A stretch of 55,731 bases of DNA from an uncultured Alphaproteobacteria bacterium (GCA_937988735.1 CALKHQ010000280.1:1-55731), one strand, 5' to 3'. Counted from the stretch's first letter, positions 1-9,829 are shown. Translations and numbers: made by a program. Notes: generated from the letters alone by a model not told the origin.

Positions 1-288
1 CGCGCCGATCCGATTCCCGCGCCCGATCCGACGCGGCTGGTGGAGACGCCGGACCTGAACTCGTTCACCTTCGCCCCGCACGGCGGCATCTTCGAGCCCT
101 ATCACCGGCTGGGGACGGAGGTGGAGAAGGGTGCCCCGGCCGGGGCCATCCACGAGATCGACCGGCCCGACCGGTCGCCGACGGTGGTCCACTACGGCGC
201 GACCGGCATGCTGTGGTGCACCCGCGGCGCCGGCCGGGTGGAGCCGGGCGACCCCGTCGCCATCGTCGCCAGCGACTGGCGGGGCTGA
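1..288 (+). CDS. Succinylglutamate desuccinylase/aspartoacylase (AstE/AspA) family protein, C-terminal fragment; 5' end outside window
   Basis: Frame 1 is open from base 1 to the TGA at 286-288; track ORF 40..288 is its tail. The tail FTFAPHGGIFEPYHRLGTEVEKGAPAGAIHEIDRPDRSPTVVHYGATGMLWCTRGAGRVEPGDPVAIVA resembles the C-terminal domain of AstE/AspA-type deacylases. High GC3. Confidence 0.5.
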   Translation, partial: RADPIPAPDPTRLVETPDLNSFTFAPHGGIFEPYHRLGTEVEKGAPAGAIHEIDRPDRSPTVVHYGATGMLWCTRGAGRVEPGDPVAIVASDWRG

Positions 289-385
289 CGCGGAAACAAT
301 TGAAACAGCACGGTGCGCGGCGGCGACATCGGGCTGAAACATCGCGCGCGCATCTTGGCGGCATCGAACACAGGGAGATGCCGCC

Positions 386-823
386 ATGACACCCGACCAG
401 GTCCGTGTGATCCGCGAGAGCTTCGCCGAGCTGGCCCCGATCGGCGATGCCGTCGCCATGCTGTTCTACAGCCGGCTGTTCCAGATCGACCCCGACCTTG
501 CGCAGCTGTTCGTCAGCACCGACCGCAAGGCGCAGGGCCGCAAGCTGATGGCGGCGCTCGCCTTCGTGGTCAACGGCGCCGACCGGCCGGCGACGCTGCT
601 CGCCCCGCTGCAGGCGCTGGCCCGGCGGCACGTCGCCTACGGAGTGGAGGAAGAGCACTACGCCACCGTCGGCGAAGCGCTGATCGACACGCTGGCCGCC
701 CATTTCGGCCCGCGCTTCACGCCCCATCTGCGCGACGCCTGGCTCGCCGCCTACACGCTGGTCAGCGGGGTGATGATCACGGCGACCCGTGCGCCTGCCC
801 CCGAGACCGCGGCCGCCGCCTGA
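386..823 (+). CDS. Single-domain bacterial globin (Vitreoscilla-haemoglobin-like)
   Basis: 145 aa. LTPDQVRVIRESFAEL...FYSRLFQIDPDLAQLF...KAQGRKLMAAL...LARRHVAYGVEEEHYATVGEALIDTL...LRDAWLAAYTLVSGVMI aligns by eye with Vgb/flavohaemoglobin globin domains, giving a candidate distal Gln and proximal His in ARRHV. No reductase domain. Confidence 0.75.
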   Translation: MTPDQVRVIRESFAELAPIGDAVAMLFYSRLFQIDPDLAQLFVSTDRKAQGRKLMAALAFVVNGADRPATLLAPLQALARRHVAYGVEEEHYATVGEALIDTLAAHFGPRFTPHLRDAWLAAYTLVSGVMITATRAPAPETAAAA

Positions 824-917
824 CGGACGGAGGGGCCGCGCCCGCCGGTGGTTGCCAAATCCTGCGTCCGCTCCAGCATCCTTCGCGCCCAGCCGTGACG
901 CCGAGGAGCACCAGCCG

Positions 918-1415
918 ATGCCGGTCCTGCAAGCCGCCTCTCCTCCGCGCAGCCGCGATCTGGCCGCCCTCGCGCTGTCGCTCGCGGTGGTGGCGGTGGT
1001 TGCCGTCGTCGGCGGCCTGGTCACGGCCGGCGCCGTGGATGGCTGGTATCGCACGCTGGAGAAGCCGGTGTTCAACCCGCCGGACTGGCTGTTCGGCCCG
1101 GTCTGGACTGCGCTCTACGTCATGATGGCGGTGGCGGCGTGGCTGGTGTGGCGGCGCGGCCGTGCGGTGGCCCGGCCGGCGCTGCTGCTCTACGCCGGCC
1201 AGCTCGCGCTCAACCTGGCGTGGACGCTGCTGTTCTTCGGCGCGCATGCGATCGCGGTCGCCTTCATCGAGATCCTGGTGCTGCTGGCGATGATCGTGCT
1301 GACGGCGCGCGCCTTCTTCCGGGTGGATGTGCGCGCGGGCTGGCTGATGGTGCCTTACGCTTTGTGGGTCGCCTTCGCCGCCGTCCTCACCGGGTCGGTC
1401 ATGGCGCTGAACTGA
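918..1415 (+). CDS. tspO: TspO/MBR family tryptophan-rich sensory protein
   Basis: Internal ATG (codon 44) of track ORF 789..1415. Signature DGWYRTLEKPVFNPPDWLFGPVWTALYVMMAVAAW plus five hydrophobic helices and a Trp-rich C-terminus. The upstream part of the ORF is Arg/Pro-rich noise. Confidence 0.85.
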   Translation: MPVLQAASPPRSRDLAALALSLAVVAVVAVVGGLVTAGAVDGWYRTLEKPVFNPPDWLFGPVWTALYVMMAVAAWLVWRRGRAVARPALLLYAGQLALNLAWTLLFFGAHAIAVAFIEILVLLAMIVLTARAFFRVDVRAGWLMVPYALWVAFAAVLTGSVMALN

Positions 1416-1841
1416 GGGAGGCGGTCGCGCGCTCCGGCCGGAGCAGGCCTTGCAGTCCGTCGATGAACAGCGAACAGCGCGCCCTGTCGTGGACCGGCAC
1501 CGCGGTGGTGCCCGGGTCCCCGCCTTACTCCATGACGCTCCAGGCGGTGTCCCGCATCTCGTCGGCGAGGGCCGGCGCGGCGCTGCCCGGAACCGCGCCG
1601 CACGCCATCATTGCCGCAGGGCCCGAGCGGCCCGGCGTCTGCTTCTCATGCCGTTGTCACCCCACCTGGCCGGCGGTGCGCGGCGCCCGCTGCGCCGCAT
1701 CTCCGCCGGCAGGGCAAGGCAGCAGCGAAAGGTTGCGGAACCTGCATGAAACCCCGCCGGGCCCGTCTGTGATACGCTCTCCGGACCGGAGCCCGCGCCG
1801 CCTGCGCACGGCTCCACGCACTGGCAGGGGAGGGAGAAGCC

Positions 1842-2483
1842 ATGAGCGACACCACCGGGCCTCGCGAGACCTACAGCGACTCCTACACCGTGATCGACCG
1901 GCTGCAGGTCAGCCGCGCCGCCCTGGCCCGCAACTGGGGCCTGCTGCTGGCGCTGGGCGTCCTGTGGCTGATCCTGGGGGCGCTCGCGATCATCCTGCCG
2001 CTGGCGGCCGCGATCGCGATCGACATCACCCTCGGCGTGCTGTTCCTGATCGGCGGCGTGATGCAGCTCGTCCAGGTCGCCCGCTGCCGCGGCTGGCGCA
2101 GCGTCCTGCCGCACGCGCTGGGCGGGGTGCTGTCGGTGGCGGCGGGCGTGCTGCTGCTGTTCTTCCCGCTCGCCGGCGTGCTGAGCCTCACCCTCATCAT
2201 CGCCGCGCTGTTCATCATCGGCGGCGTGTTCCGCATCGTCATCGCGGCGCAGAACCGGGAGATCCGGGGCTGGTTCTGGATGATGCTGAGCGGCCTCCTC
2301 GGGCTCGTCGTCGGCGTGCTCATCTGGATCGGCTGGCCGGCGAGCTCGGTCTGGGTGCTGGGCCTTCTCGTCGGCATCGAGCTCATCTTCGAGGGCTGGG
2401 CGATGATCATGCTGGCCGTGGCGGCCCGGCAGTGGCGCGGGGCGCAGCCGCCGCGCGACGTCGCATCGCCGACGCCGGCCTGA
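1842..2483 (+). CDS. HdeD-family (DUF308) acid-resistance-type membrane protein
   Basis: 213 aa with six repeated Gly-rich hydrophobic helices (LGVLWLILGALAIILP, LGVLFLIGGVMQLV, GVLLLFFPLAG, FIIGGVFRIV, LLGLVVGVLIWIGWP, LGLLVGIELIFEGW), typical of DUF308/HdeD. GGGAGGGAG Shine-Dalgarno upstream. Confidence 0.7.
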   Translation: MSDTTGPRETYSDSYTVIDRLQVSRAALARNWGLLLALGVLWLILGALAIILPLAAAIAIDITLGVLFLIGGVMQLVQVARCRGWRSVLPHALGGVLSVAAGVLLLFFPLAGVLSLTLIIAALFIIGGVFRIVIAAQNREIRGWFWMMLSGLLGLVVGVLIWIGWPASSVWVLGLLVGIELIFEGWAMIMLAVAARQWRGAQPPRDVASPTPA

Positions 2484-2529
2484 GCCGCCGCCGGTTGCCG
2501 GCCACGGCCCGCGCCGCTATCTGAGGCCG

Positions 2530-3540
2530 ATGGCCGCCGTCTCCGACTGGCTGTTCCCGACCCCCGCCGGGCTGTGGTGCGCGCCCGGCGGCTTCGCCGT
2601 CGATCCCGCGCGCCCGGTGGACCGCGCGGTGATCACCCACGGCCACGGCGACCATGCCCGCCCCGGCCACGGCCACGTGCTGGCGACCCCCGGGACACTG
2701 GCGATCATGCGCGCCCGCTACGGCGAGGGCGCGGCCGGCGCGATGCAGCCCGCCCGCTACGGCGAGCCGGTCCGCGTCGGCGACGTGACGGTGGAGCTGC
2801 GGCCGGCGGGGCACGTCCTCGGCAGCGCACAGGTGGTGCTGACCCATGCCGGCCGGCGGGTGGTGATTTCCGGCGACTACAAGCGCCGGCCGGACCCGAC
2901 CACCCCGCCGTTCGAGCCGGTCGCCTGCGACGTGTTCGTCAGCGAGGCCACCTTCGGCCTGCCGGTGTTCCGCCATCCGGACGACCGCGCGGAGATCGCG
3001 AAGCTGCTGCGCTCGCTCGCGCTGTTTCCGGAGCGGGCGCACCTGGTCGGCGTCTATGCCCTCGGCAAGGCCCAGCGGGTGATCCGCCTGCTGCGCGCCG
3101 CCGGCTGGGACCGGCCGCTCTACATCCACGGCGCGCTCGCCGGCCTCTGCGACCTCTACCGCAGCCTCGGCGTGGACCTCGGCGAGCTCAGGCCCGCGAC
3201 CGGGGCGGCGAAGGCGGAGCTTGCCGGCGCCATCGTGCTCGCGCCGCCGTCGGCGCTGGCCGACCGCTGGACCCGGCGGCTGCCCGACCCGGTGCCGGCG
3301 ATGGCCAGCGGCTGGATGGGCGTGCGCGCCCGCGCCCGCCAGCGCGGCGCCGAGCTGCCGCTCGTCATCTCCGACCACGCCGACTGGGACGAGCTCACCC
3401 GCACCTTCGCGGAGGTGGGCGCGCCGGAGATCTGGATTACCCACGGCCGCGAGGAAGCCCTCGTCCACTGGGCCCGCACCCACGGCATCGCCGCCCGCGC
3501 CCTCAGCCTCGTCGGCCGCGAGGAGGAAGAGGGGGAGTAG
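2530..3540 (+). CDS. Ligase-associated DNA damage response exonuclease (metallo-beta-lactamase/beta-CASP fold)
   Basis: 336 aa. MBL motif [10 protein letters not shown] near the N-terminus, SGDYKR, VSEATFG and ISDHADW motifs. Overall layout matches the exonuclease family defined by linkage to ATP-dependent ligase/Lhr/PdeM. Confidence 0.7.
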   Translation: MAAVSDWLFPTPAGLWCAPGGFAVDPARPVDRAVITHGHGDHARPGHGHVLATPGTLAIMRARYGEGAAGAMQPARYGEPVRVGDVTVELRPAGHVLGSAQVVLTHAGRRVVISGDYKRRPDPTTPPFEPVACDVFVSEATFGLPVFRHPDDRAEIAKLLRSLALFPERAHLVGVYALGKAQRVIRLLRAAGWDRPLYIHGALAGLCDLYRSLGVDLGELRPATGAAKAELAGAIVLAPPSALADRWTRRLPDPVPAMASGWMGVRARARQRGAELPLVISDHADWDELTRTFAEVGAPEIWITHGREEALVHWARTHGIAARALSLVGREEEEGE

Positions 3541-3553
3541 ACGGGCGCGTCTG

Positions 3554-5338
3554 TCAGAACGGCCAGACCAGCGGGATCACCACCATCGCGGTGGCGTAGG
3601 TCAGGAGGCTCATCGGGGCGCCGGCGCGGACGAAGTCGAAGAAGCGGTAGCCGCCGGCGGAGTAGACCAGCGTGTTGGTCTGGTAGCCGATCGGGGTGAG
3701 GAAGCTCGCGCTCGCGGCGAACATCACCGCCACCACGAACGGCCGCGGGTCGAGGCCGAGGCTCTGGGCGAGGCCGATGGCGATCGGCGTCATCACCACC
3801 GCGACGGCATTGTTGGTCACCGCCTCGGTGAGGGTCATGGTCAGCAGGTAGACGGCGGCCAGTGCCACCAGCGGCGGCGCGTCCACCAGCCAGTCGTAGG
3901 CCCAGCCGACGATGATCTCGATCAGCCCGGTCTTGCCCATCGCCGCGCCCACCGCGAGCATGGCGAAGATGAGCCCCAGGATGCGCCAGTCCACCGACTG
4001 CACCGCCTCCTCGACCTCGACGCAGCGCGTGGCGAGCACGATGGTGGCGCCGATGGCGGCGAGCCCGGCAATGGGCATGAACTCGAACACCGCCCCGACC
4101 ACGATCAGCAGCGTCACCGCGATCGCGAGCGGTGCCTTCGTTCGGCGGAAGCCGCCGTCGGCGAGTTCCGAGACGTTGACCAGACCCTCGTCGTCCACCA
4201 GGCGGCGGATGTCCTCCGGCGCGCCCTCGACCAGCAGGGTGTCCGCGATCTCCAGCGGCGAGGATTCGAAGCGCTCGTTCAGGTTCTCGCCGCGCCGGTG
4301 CAGCGCGATCGGATAGACGCCGTAGGTCCGCCGCAGCCGGAGCTGGGCCAGCGTGTGCCCGATGATCTTCGCACCCGGCCCCACCAGCAGCTCGGCTACC
4401 GTGGAGCTGCGGGTGCCGAGGTGCTGCATGCGCCCCGCCTCGGAAAGCGCGACCTCGCCTTCCTCCTTCATCGACAGGATCTCGGCGACGGAGGAGCGCA
4501 GCACCACCACGTCGCCTGCCTGCAGGATCACGCGGTCCAGCTCCCGGCGCAGCGACAGGTCTCCGCGCAGCACGTCGATCAAACGGCGGTCCGCCCGGCG
4601 GAAGGCCTCGATGTCCCGCGGCCGGCGGCCGATCAGCGGCGAGCCGTCCTCGACCACCGCCTGGACGATGTACTTCTTCGTCGTCTCGAGCGCGACGACG
4701 CCGGTCGAGGTCGTCCGCTCCGGCAGGAAGCGCTGCCCCGCCACCAGCAGGACCACGCCCAGCACGGCGGTGACGAGGCCGAGCGGCGCGATTTCGAGCA
4801 GGTGGAAGGGCGGGAGACCCTCGGTCCGCGCCACGCTGTCCACCAGGATGTTGGTGGAGGTGCCCAGCAGCGTGCAGGTGCCGCCGAGGATGGCGGCGTA
4901 GGACAGCGGGATCAGCAGCTTCGACGCCGACCGCCCGGTCTCGCGGGCCAGCGCCACCGCCACCGGGATCATCAGCATCACCAGCGGCGTGTTGTTCATG
5001 ATCGCCGACATCAGCGCGATCAGGCCGAGGAAGATGGCGATGGCGAGGGTCGGCCGGCCGCGGGCGCGCGCGGTGGCGAAGCGGGTGAAGGTCTCCAGCG
5101 CCCCGGTCCGCACCAGCGCGGCGGAGATCACGAACATCGCGGCGATGGTCGCCGGCGCGCTCGACGCCAGCACCGCCAGCGCCTCGTCCACCTCGAGGAT
5201 GCCGAGCACGAGCAGGGCCGAGACCACCAGCCCGGCGCTGATCTCGGGAGAGCGCCATTCGGTGGCGAAGGCCACGAACAGCACCACCGTCAGCGCACCG
5301 ACAACCCACGGCGCGTAGGCGTCGAGTCCGAAAACCAA
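3554..5338 (-). CDS. SLC13/DASS-family anion permease with two central TrkA-C (RCK_C) domains
   Basis: C-terminal about 594 aa of track ORF 3554..6577. Duplicated transporter halves with NNTP-type motifs ([30 protein letters not shown]) flank two RCK_C-like soluble repeats ([17 protein letters not shown]..., [19 protein letters not shown]...). No in-frame ATG near the first helix. I place the start at TTG 5338, with CTG 5350 as alternative, so the start is uncertain. Confidence 0.75.
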   Translation of the reverse strand: MVFGLDAYAPWVVGALTVVLFVAFATEWRSPEISAGLVVSALLVLGILEVDEALAVLASSAPATIAAMFVISAALVRTGALETFTRFATARARGRPTLAIAIFLGLIALMSAIMNNTPLVMLMIPVAVALARETGRSASKLLIPLSYAAILGGTCTLLGTSTNILVDSVARTEGLPPFHLLEIAPLGLVTAVLGVVLLVAGQRFLPERTTSTGVVALETTKKYIVQAVVEDGSPLIGRRPRDIEAFRRADRRLIDVLRGDLSLRRELDRVILQAGDVVVLRSSVAEILSMKEEGEVALSEAGRMQHLGTRSSTVAELLVGPGAKIIGHTLAQLRLRRTYGVYPIALHRRGENLNERFESSPLEIADTLLVEGAPEDIRRLVDDEGLVNVSELADGGFRRTKAPLAIAVTLLIVVGAVFEFMPIAGLAAIGATIVLATRCVEVEEAVQSVDWRILGLIFAMLAVGAAMGKTGLIEIIVGWAYDWLVDAPPLVALAAVYLLTMTLTEAVTNNAVAVVMTPIAIGLAQSLGLDPRPFVVAVMFAASASFLTPIGYQTNTLVYSAGGYRFFDFVRAGAPMSLLTYATAMVVIPLVWPF

Positions 5339-5509
5339 GCTAGGCTCCAGCCGTTGCGGCCATGTCCCTGCGGCGCGTGGTCGGTCCTTCCGGCGGGGCG
5401 TTCGCGTTCCCCTCGGCCAGCAGCAGGATGTAGCGCGCAGCCCGCCGGGGCACCAAGTCTGTTTTTGGACATCTCGCCAGCGCGCCGGGATGGCGCTAAG
5501 AGGGGGCGC

Positions 5510-6562
5510 ATGATCCTGCTCGGCATCGAGACCAGCTGCGACGAGACCGCGGCCGCCGTCGTCCGCGACGCGCCGGACCCTGCCGGCCGCGTGCTGGCGA
5601 GCGTCGTGTTCTCGCAGATCGAGGAGCACGCGCCCTATGGCGGGGTGGTGCCGGAGATCGCGGCCCGCGCGCACGTCGGCCGGCTCGACGGCCTCGTGTC
5701 GCGCGCGCTGGCGGAGGCCGGCGTGACCCTCGCGGAGGTGGACGGCATCGCCGCCACGGCCGGCACCGGCCTCATTGGCGGCGTGCTCGTCGGCGTCAGC
5801 CTGGCGAAGGCGCTTGCCCTGGCCAGCGGCCGCCCGTTCGTCGCCGTCAACCATCTGGAGGGCCATGCGCTCACCGCGCGCCTTACCGACGACGTCGCCT
5901 TTCCCTACCTGTTGCTGCTGGTCTCGGGCGGCCACTGCCAGGTGCTGCTGGTAGAGGGGCTGGGACGTTACCGCGTGCTCGGCACCACCATCGACGACGC
6001 CATCGGCGAGGCCTTCGACAAGACGGCGAAGCTGCTGGGCCTGCCCTATCCGGGCGGGCCGGCGCTGGAGCGCGCGGCGGCGGAGGGCAATGCGGAGCGG
6101 TTCCGCCTGCCGCGGCCGATGGTCGGGCGCCCCGGCTCCGACTTCTCCTTCTCCGGCCTCAAGACCGCCGTGCGGCGCGCGATCGAGACCATCGGCGCGC
6201 CGTCCGCCGCCGATGTTGCCGACCTCGCCGCCGCCTTCCAGCAGGCCGCGGCCGACGTGGTGACGGACCGCATCGCCAATGCGGTCGCCGCGTGCCGCCG
6301 GCAGGGGGCGGTGCCGCCGACGCTGGTCGTCGCCGGCGGGGTTGCCGCCAACCGGACGATCCGCGCCCGGCTGCAGGCGCTGGCGGATGGCGAAGGCCTG
6401 GCCTTCGTCGCCCCGCCGCTGGCTCTCTGCACCGACAATGCCGCGATGATCGCCTGGGCGGGACTGGAGCGGCTGCGCGCGGGGCAGGCGGATTCGCTCG
6501 CCTTCCGGCCGCTGCCGCGCTGGCCGCTCGACAGCCTTGCGCCGCCGCCCGCAACCGCCTAG
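5510..6562 (+). CDS. tsaD: tRNA N6-adenosine threonylcarbamoyltransferase
   Basis: [18 protein letters not shown]..., [53 protein letters not shown] are hallmark TsaD/Kae1 motifs. ATG at 5510 is inside the long composite ORF 3221..6562. Confidence 0.95.
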   Translation: MILLGIETSCDETAAAVVRDAPDPAGRVLASVVFSQIEEHAPYGGVVPEIAARAHVGRLDGLVSRALAEAGVTLAEVDGIAATAGTGLIGGVLVGVSLAKALALASGRPFVAVNHLEGHALTARLTDDVAFPYLLLLVSGGHCQVLLVEGLGRYRVLGTTIDDAIGEAFDKTAKLLGLPYPGGPALERAAAEGNAERFRLPRPMVGRPGSDFSFSGLKTAVRRAIETIGAPSAADVADLAAAFQQAAADVVTDRIANAVAACRRQGAVPPTLVVAGGVAANRTIRARLQALADGEGLAFVAPPLALCTDNAAMIAWAGLERLRAGQADSLAFRPLPRWPLDSLAPPPATA

Positions 6563-6591
6563 TCCGGGGGGACGCACCCGGATCCGACTCC

Positions 6592-7254
6592 ATGGCCGAG
6601 CCCCAGCCGATCCAGATTCACGTCCAGCAGCTGTTCGCGACCCCGGTGGTGATCATGAAGCTGCCGGACGCCGCACGGCTCAACCCGGAGCTGCGCTCGA
6701 TCATCCTCGCCCGGGCCGAATGGGCGCCGTCCAACGACCACTCCAACCTCGGCGGCTGGCAGTCCACCTGGGACATCGACCAGTGGGGCGGCGCGCCGGT
6801 CGCGCGGCTGCTGGAGGTGGCGAAGGGGGTGGCGACCCGGATGACGGTGCGGCGCCAGGACGGGCGCCCGGCCCGCGTCACCTGGGCGCACAACGCCTGG
6901 GCCAACGTCAACCGCCGCGGCGATGCCAATGAGGCCCACACCCACCCCGGGTCGGTGTGGTCGGCCGTGTACTGGGTGGACGACGGCGGCGCGGCCGCCG
7001 ACCCGTCGCTCGGCGGCGCCTTCGAGGTGCACGACCCGCGCGGGGTTGCGCCGGCGATGCTGGCCCCCGACCTGGTGCCGGCGGTTCCCGGCGGCCCTGC
7101 CTTCGGCGCCAGCGAGCTGGTGCAGCCGACGGCCGGCGACATGCTGATGTTCCCGTCCTGGGTCAGCCATTCGGTCCGGCCCTACCGCGGCGACGGGGTA
7201 AGGATCTCGATCGCCATCAACCTGTGGCCGGCCGGCGGGCCGCGGGCCAGCTGA
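6592..7254 (+). CDS. TIGR02466-like putative 2OG-Fe(II) oxygenase family protein
   Basis: ATG 6592 inside ORF 6292..7254. LFATPVVIMKL..., NLGGWQSTWD, WANVNRRGDANEAHTHPGSVWSAVYWV, GDMLMFPSWVSHSVRPY, RISIAINL fit the PF13759/TIGR02466 pattern, with His...His metal ligands. Confidence 0.7.
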   Translation: MAEPQPIQIHVQQLFATPVVIMKLPDAARLNPELRSIILARAEWAPSNDHSNLGGWQSTWDIDQWGGAPVARLLEVAKGVATRMTVRRQDGRPARVTWAHNAWANVNRRGDANEAHTHPGSVWSAVYWVDDGGAAADPSLGGAFEVHDPRGVAPAMLAPDLVPAVPGGPAFGASELVQPTAGDMLMFPSWVSHSVRPYRGDGVRISIAINLWPAGGPRAS

Positions 7255-7261
7255 AGCCGAC

Positions 7262-8497
7262 GTGAAGGTCCTCTTCTACGGGCTGAACTACGCACCGGAG
7301 CTGACCGGCATCGGCAAGTTCAGCGGCGAGACCGGCGCCTGGCTCGCCGCCGCAGGGCACCGGGTGCGGGTGATCACCGCCCAGCCCTACTATCCGGAAT
7401 GGCGCGTCCATGCCGGCTTCCGCCGTTTCTGGTGGAGCCGCGAGCCCCGCGACGGCGCGGCCGTGCTCCGCTGCCCGCACTACGTGCCGTCCCGTCCCAC
7501 CGGCAGGACCCGCATGCTCCACCTCGCGAGCTTCGCTGCGACCAGCTTCTGGCCGGCCCTGTGGGCGGGCCTCTCATGGCGGCCGGACGTGGTGGTGACG
7601 GTCGAGCCGACGGCGCTGGTCCAGCCGGCGGCGCTGCTCGCCGCGCGGCTGGCCGGCGCGAAGTCCTGGGTGCACGTCCAGGACCTGGAGTTCGACGCCG
7701 CCTTCTCCCTCGGCGTCCTCGGCGGCGGGGGAGGGCGCGCGGCGCGGACGGCCTTCGCCTTCGAGCGCTGGTGCCTGCGGCGCTTCGACCGGGTCTCGAC
7801 CATCACGCCGAACATGGCGGCCCGGCTCGCCGCCAAGGGCCTCGCGCCGGACCGGATCGTCCAGTTTCCCAACTGGGTGGACTGCGACGCGATCCGGCCG
7901 CTGTCCGGCCCGTCGCCGCTGCGCGCGGCGCTCGGTGTGCCGGACGGCGCGGTGCTGGCGCTCTACTCCGGCAACATGGGCGAGAAACAGGGCCTGGAGC
8001 TGCTGGTGGAGGCCGCCCGGCGCACGGCGGGCGACCGCCGGCTCCTCTGGCTGCTGTGCGGCCACGGCAGCGCCCGGACGCGGCTGGAGACGCTCGCCGC
8101 CGGCCTCGACAACCTCCGCTTCGCCCCGCTGCAGCCGGCGGAGCGGCTCAACGACCTGCTGAACGCGGCCGACATCCACCTGCTGCCCCAGCGTGCCGAC
8201 GCGGCCGATCTGGTGATGCCGTCGAAGCTGGGCGGCATGCTGGCGAGCGGCCGCCCGGTGGTCGCTTCCGCGGTCGAAGGCACCCAGGTCTACGCCGCCG
8301 TCACCGGCTGCGGACCGGTCGTCCCGCCCGGCAACGCCGCCGCCTTTGCCGATGCGGTCGCAGACCTCGCCCGCAACCCTGCGCGGCGCCAGGAGCTCGG
8401 CGCCGCCGCCCGCGCTCGCGCGCTCGCCGAATGGGATCGCACCGCCATCCTCACGCGCTTCGAGCGCGACCTGCTTGCGCTGTCGCAGGACAGGTGA
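7262..8497 (+). CDS. WcaI-family glycosyltransferase (GT4)
   Basis: GTG start. The N-terminus MKVLFYGLNYAPELTGIGKFSGETGAWLAAAGHRVRVITAQPYYPEWRV is the characteristic WcaI-type N-terminus. C-terminal GT-B half with PSKLGGMLASGRPVV. Confidence 0.8.
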   Translation: MKVLFYGLNYAPELTGIGKFSGETGAWLAAAGHRVRVITAQPYYPEWRVHAGFRRFWWSREPRDGAAVLRCPHYVPSRPTGRTRMLHLASFAATSFWPALWAGLSWRPDVVVTVEPTALVQPAALLAARLAGAKSWVHVQDLEFDAAFSLGVLGGGGGRAARTAFAFERWCLRRFDRVSTITPNMAARLAAKGLAPDRIVQFPNWVDCDAIRPLSGPSPLRAALGVPDGAVLALYSGNMGEKQGLELLVEAARRTAGDRRLLWLLCGHGSARTRLETLAAGLDNLRFAPLQPAERLNDLLNAADIHLLPQRADAADLVMPSKLGGMLASGRPVVASAVEGTQVYAAVTGCGPVVPPGNAAAFADAVADLARNPARRQELGAAARARALAEWDRTAILTRFERDLLALSQDR

Positions 8498-8707
8498 ACC
8501 TCGGCGACCGAACCGCCTCTTTGCGGCTTCGGGCGCGTTTGTGGCCTGGCCCGTGATCTTTCCCACATGCCCGGGCCGTCGCTTTCGGCCACGATGACAA
8601 GGACCAGGCCCCGCCAGGGGAAGGGTCTTGACGAAGGCCCTGCCGGGAAAGCGGCAGCCATGCCCGCCAGCCCGCAGCCCCTGGGCATGGCAGAGGGGAG
8701 CCCATCC

Positions 8708-9706
8708 ATGTTCAGGATCCTGTCCATCGACGGCGGCGGCATTCGCGGCGTCATTCCCGCCATGGTGCTGACGGCGATCGAGGAGAAGGCAGGCCGCCCG
8801 ATCGCCGACCTGTTCGACCTGATCGCGGGCACCTCGACCGGCGGCATCATCGCGGTTGGTCTTGCGGTGCGCGACGACCGTGGAAAGCCGCGCTTCAGCG
8901 CCGCCGACATGCTGACGCTCTACAGGGCGCGGGGCCGGGAGATCTTCGAGCGGTCGTTCTGGGACGGCATCGTCTCGGTCGGCGGGGCGCTGGACGAGCG
9001 GTATCGCCACGCCAACCTGGAGCGCATCCTGAAGGAGTATCTGGGCGACGCGACGCTCGCGGACTGCCAGCCGCCGATCATGGTGACCAGCTATGACATC
9101 GAGCGCCGGCAGCCCTACTTCTTCAAGAGCCGCAAGGCCGGGGAGGAACCGGACCGCAACCACCACCTGCGCGACGTGGCGCGGGCGACGTCGGCGGCCC
9201 CCACCTATTTCGAGCCGGCGCGGGTGGAGAGCTTCGATGACCTGCGCAGCGAGCGCATCCTGGTCGACGGCGGCGTGTTCGCCAACAATCCTGCGATGTG
9301 CGCCTATGTCGAGGCAGGGGCGCACGGCGCGGCGCCGGACGACGTCCTCCTCGTCTCGCTCGGCACCGGCATCGCCACCCGCAAGATTCCCTATGACGAT
9401 GCAAGGGGCTGGGGCGCGCTGCAGTGGGCGCGCCCGATCATCGGCGTGATGATGGACGGTGTCGCGGACGCGGTGGACTACCAGCTGAGCCAGCTCCTGC
9501 CCGGCCGGGACGCCGGCGACCGGCAGCGCTACTTCCGCTTCGACAAGGAGCTCGTGCTGGCGCTCGACGACATGGACGCCGCCAACGCGGGCAACATCAA
9601 GAGCCTGATGGACGAGGCCCGGTCCATCATCGAGACGCAGGGCAGCGAACTCGACCGGCTGGTGCGGCTGCTTCTGCCCACGCCGGCCCCGGACGCGGTG
9701 GTCTGA
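8708..9706 (+). CDS. Patatin-like phospholipase
   Basis: Oxyanion motif SIDGGGIRG, nucleophile elbow AGTSTGG (GxSxG) and catalytic Asp in LVDGGVFANNP. GAGGGGAG Shine-Dalgarno precedes ATG 8708. Alternative ATG at 8687, or the track start 8567. Confidence 0.85.
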   Translation: MFRILSIDGGGIRGVIPAMVLTAIEEKAGRPIADLFDLIAGTSTGGIIAVGLAVRDDRGKPRFSAADMLTLYRARGREIFERSFWDGIVSVGGALDERYRHANLERILKEYLGDATLADCQPPIMVTSYDIERRQPYFFKSRKAGEEPDRNHHLRDVARATSAAPTYFEPARVESFDDLRSERILVDGGVFANNPAMCAYVEAGAHGAAPDDVLLVSLGTGIATRKIPYDDARGWGALQWARPIIGVMMDGVADAVDYQLSQLLPGRDAGDRQRYFRFDKELVLALDDMDAANAGNIKSLMDEARSIIETQGSELDRLVRLLLPTPAPDAVV

Positions 9707-9829
9707 GGCGGACCCGTTCTGGAACACGGCCGCGGCCTTTCTGCTGCAGGTGGCTGCGCGCGCCGGCGTTCGTCCCTACATAAGGGGGCCGGCGCCGGAG
9801 ACGCGCCGGCGACAGCAGGGGACTGCACC

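Noticed and set aside
65-1075. 336-aa minus-strand ORF covering the AstE-like tail, the globin gene and the tspO start. The same class includes many other long track ORFs, for example 3156..5309, the 5' two-thirds of 3221..6562, 7574..9727, 9776..11131, 19442..21808, 19774..22476, 24870..27062, 27873..29762, 39984..42365, 46067..48325 and 54097..55713.
   Set aside because: They are Arg/Pro/Gly/Ala-rich with no recognisable motifs. They lie antisense or off-frame to genes with strong family signatures. Long shadow ORFs are expected when stop codons are rare in very GC-rich DNA.
8708-9706. Patatin-like phospholipase as the effector of a CBASS-type anti-phage system.
   Set aside because: No CD-NTase/cyclase, E1/E2/JAB, HORMA/TRIP13 or other sensor gene lies adjacent. 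The neighbours are a glycosyltransferase and an ABC1 kinase. No other defence or mobile genes are in the window.
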